NCBI GenBank assembly: GCA_040954595.2 | Contig: CM082581.2 | Location: 1,418,699 to 1,482,698, forward strand | Origin: Balanoglossus misakiensis | Lineage: Eukaryota > Animalia > Hemichordata | Reading direction: 5' to 3' | Length of the DNA: 64,000 nucleotides | Shown here: piece by piece, positions 63,539 to 64,000 of the stretch | How the letters are laid out: each line of letters begins with the position of its first letter | How positions within the stretch are numbered: the stretch's first letter is position 1 | Translations under genes and position numbers: made by a program | The notes under the pieces: generated by a model | The model's input: the letters and a program-made list of their open reading frames with translations, nothing else | The model's database searches: none | Told to the model about the DNA's origin: nothing

Positions 63539-64000
63539 CTGTTTGGATAAGATGAACAGATAACATTACAAGTGTGTTAATACTAGGAAAATGGTTTAAA
63601 GGGACATGCAGTAACCCTCACAATCCTGCATATTTTCAAGTTACCAGTGTCTGGTTTAACATTCAGTGTGTAATGTCCCAATTAGACACCCATGTGGAAT
63701 GTAGCAACCAGCACAAAGTGCCCCATCATAACGCTATGGAGAGAATTTCAACTTGAGTCAGTGATTTTTATGAAAACATGACAGTGAACACCCTGTGTTA
63801 TACTTTGTTTTCAAAACGACTCATCACACACTTTAAAGCCTCTAGAGCTGCCAAATTTCACAATTTTTTTCTTTTCCACAGTAAAACCTTTCAAATCTAT
63901 GGTGATGCATACCACGATAGCTAGCTGCATACTGTTTGTATGGAGGCTGATTTTAATAAAATGGGTACGGCACCTGTTTAATACATTGCACGTTTAAATT

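Overview
This is eukaryotic (metazoan invertebrate) repeat-rich DNA. The repeat types and the gene are compatible with a marine invertebrate such as a hemichordate or echinoderm, but that is inference only. (1) 1-15082 is an AT-rich ~78-bp satellite with nested higher-order repeats (1177/1882/3929/5811-bp periods) that become less regular towards the edge. (2) ~15.1-50.8 kb is a transposon graveyard. It holds a Helentron-type non-autonomous element (19575-25000) carrying two nested LINE fragments, one itself interrupted by a TTAA-flanked MITE. It also holds an intron-containing ZNF862-like hAT transposase pseudogene, several TTAA/TIR MITEs, a cluster of Helentron-like elements, palindromic elements, a 50-bp minisatellite and pairs of duplicated exon-like cassettes. 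(3) ~50.8-60.7 kb is a 90/74-bp satellite. (4) 61554-63538 holds four phase-1 exons (CCP, CCP, cbEGF, cbEGF with long insert) of a minus-strand uninflatable-like gene that starts beyond the window. Most ORFs in the supplied track are artefacts of tandem repeats. I found no convincing novel multi-gene system; the most notable items are repeat architecture and nesting.
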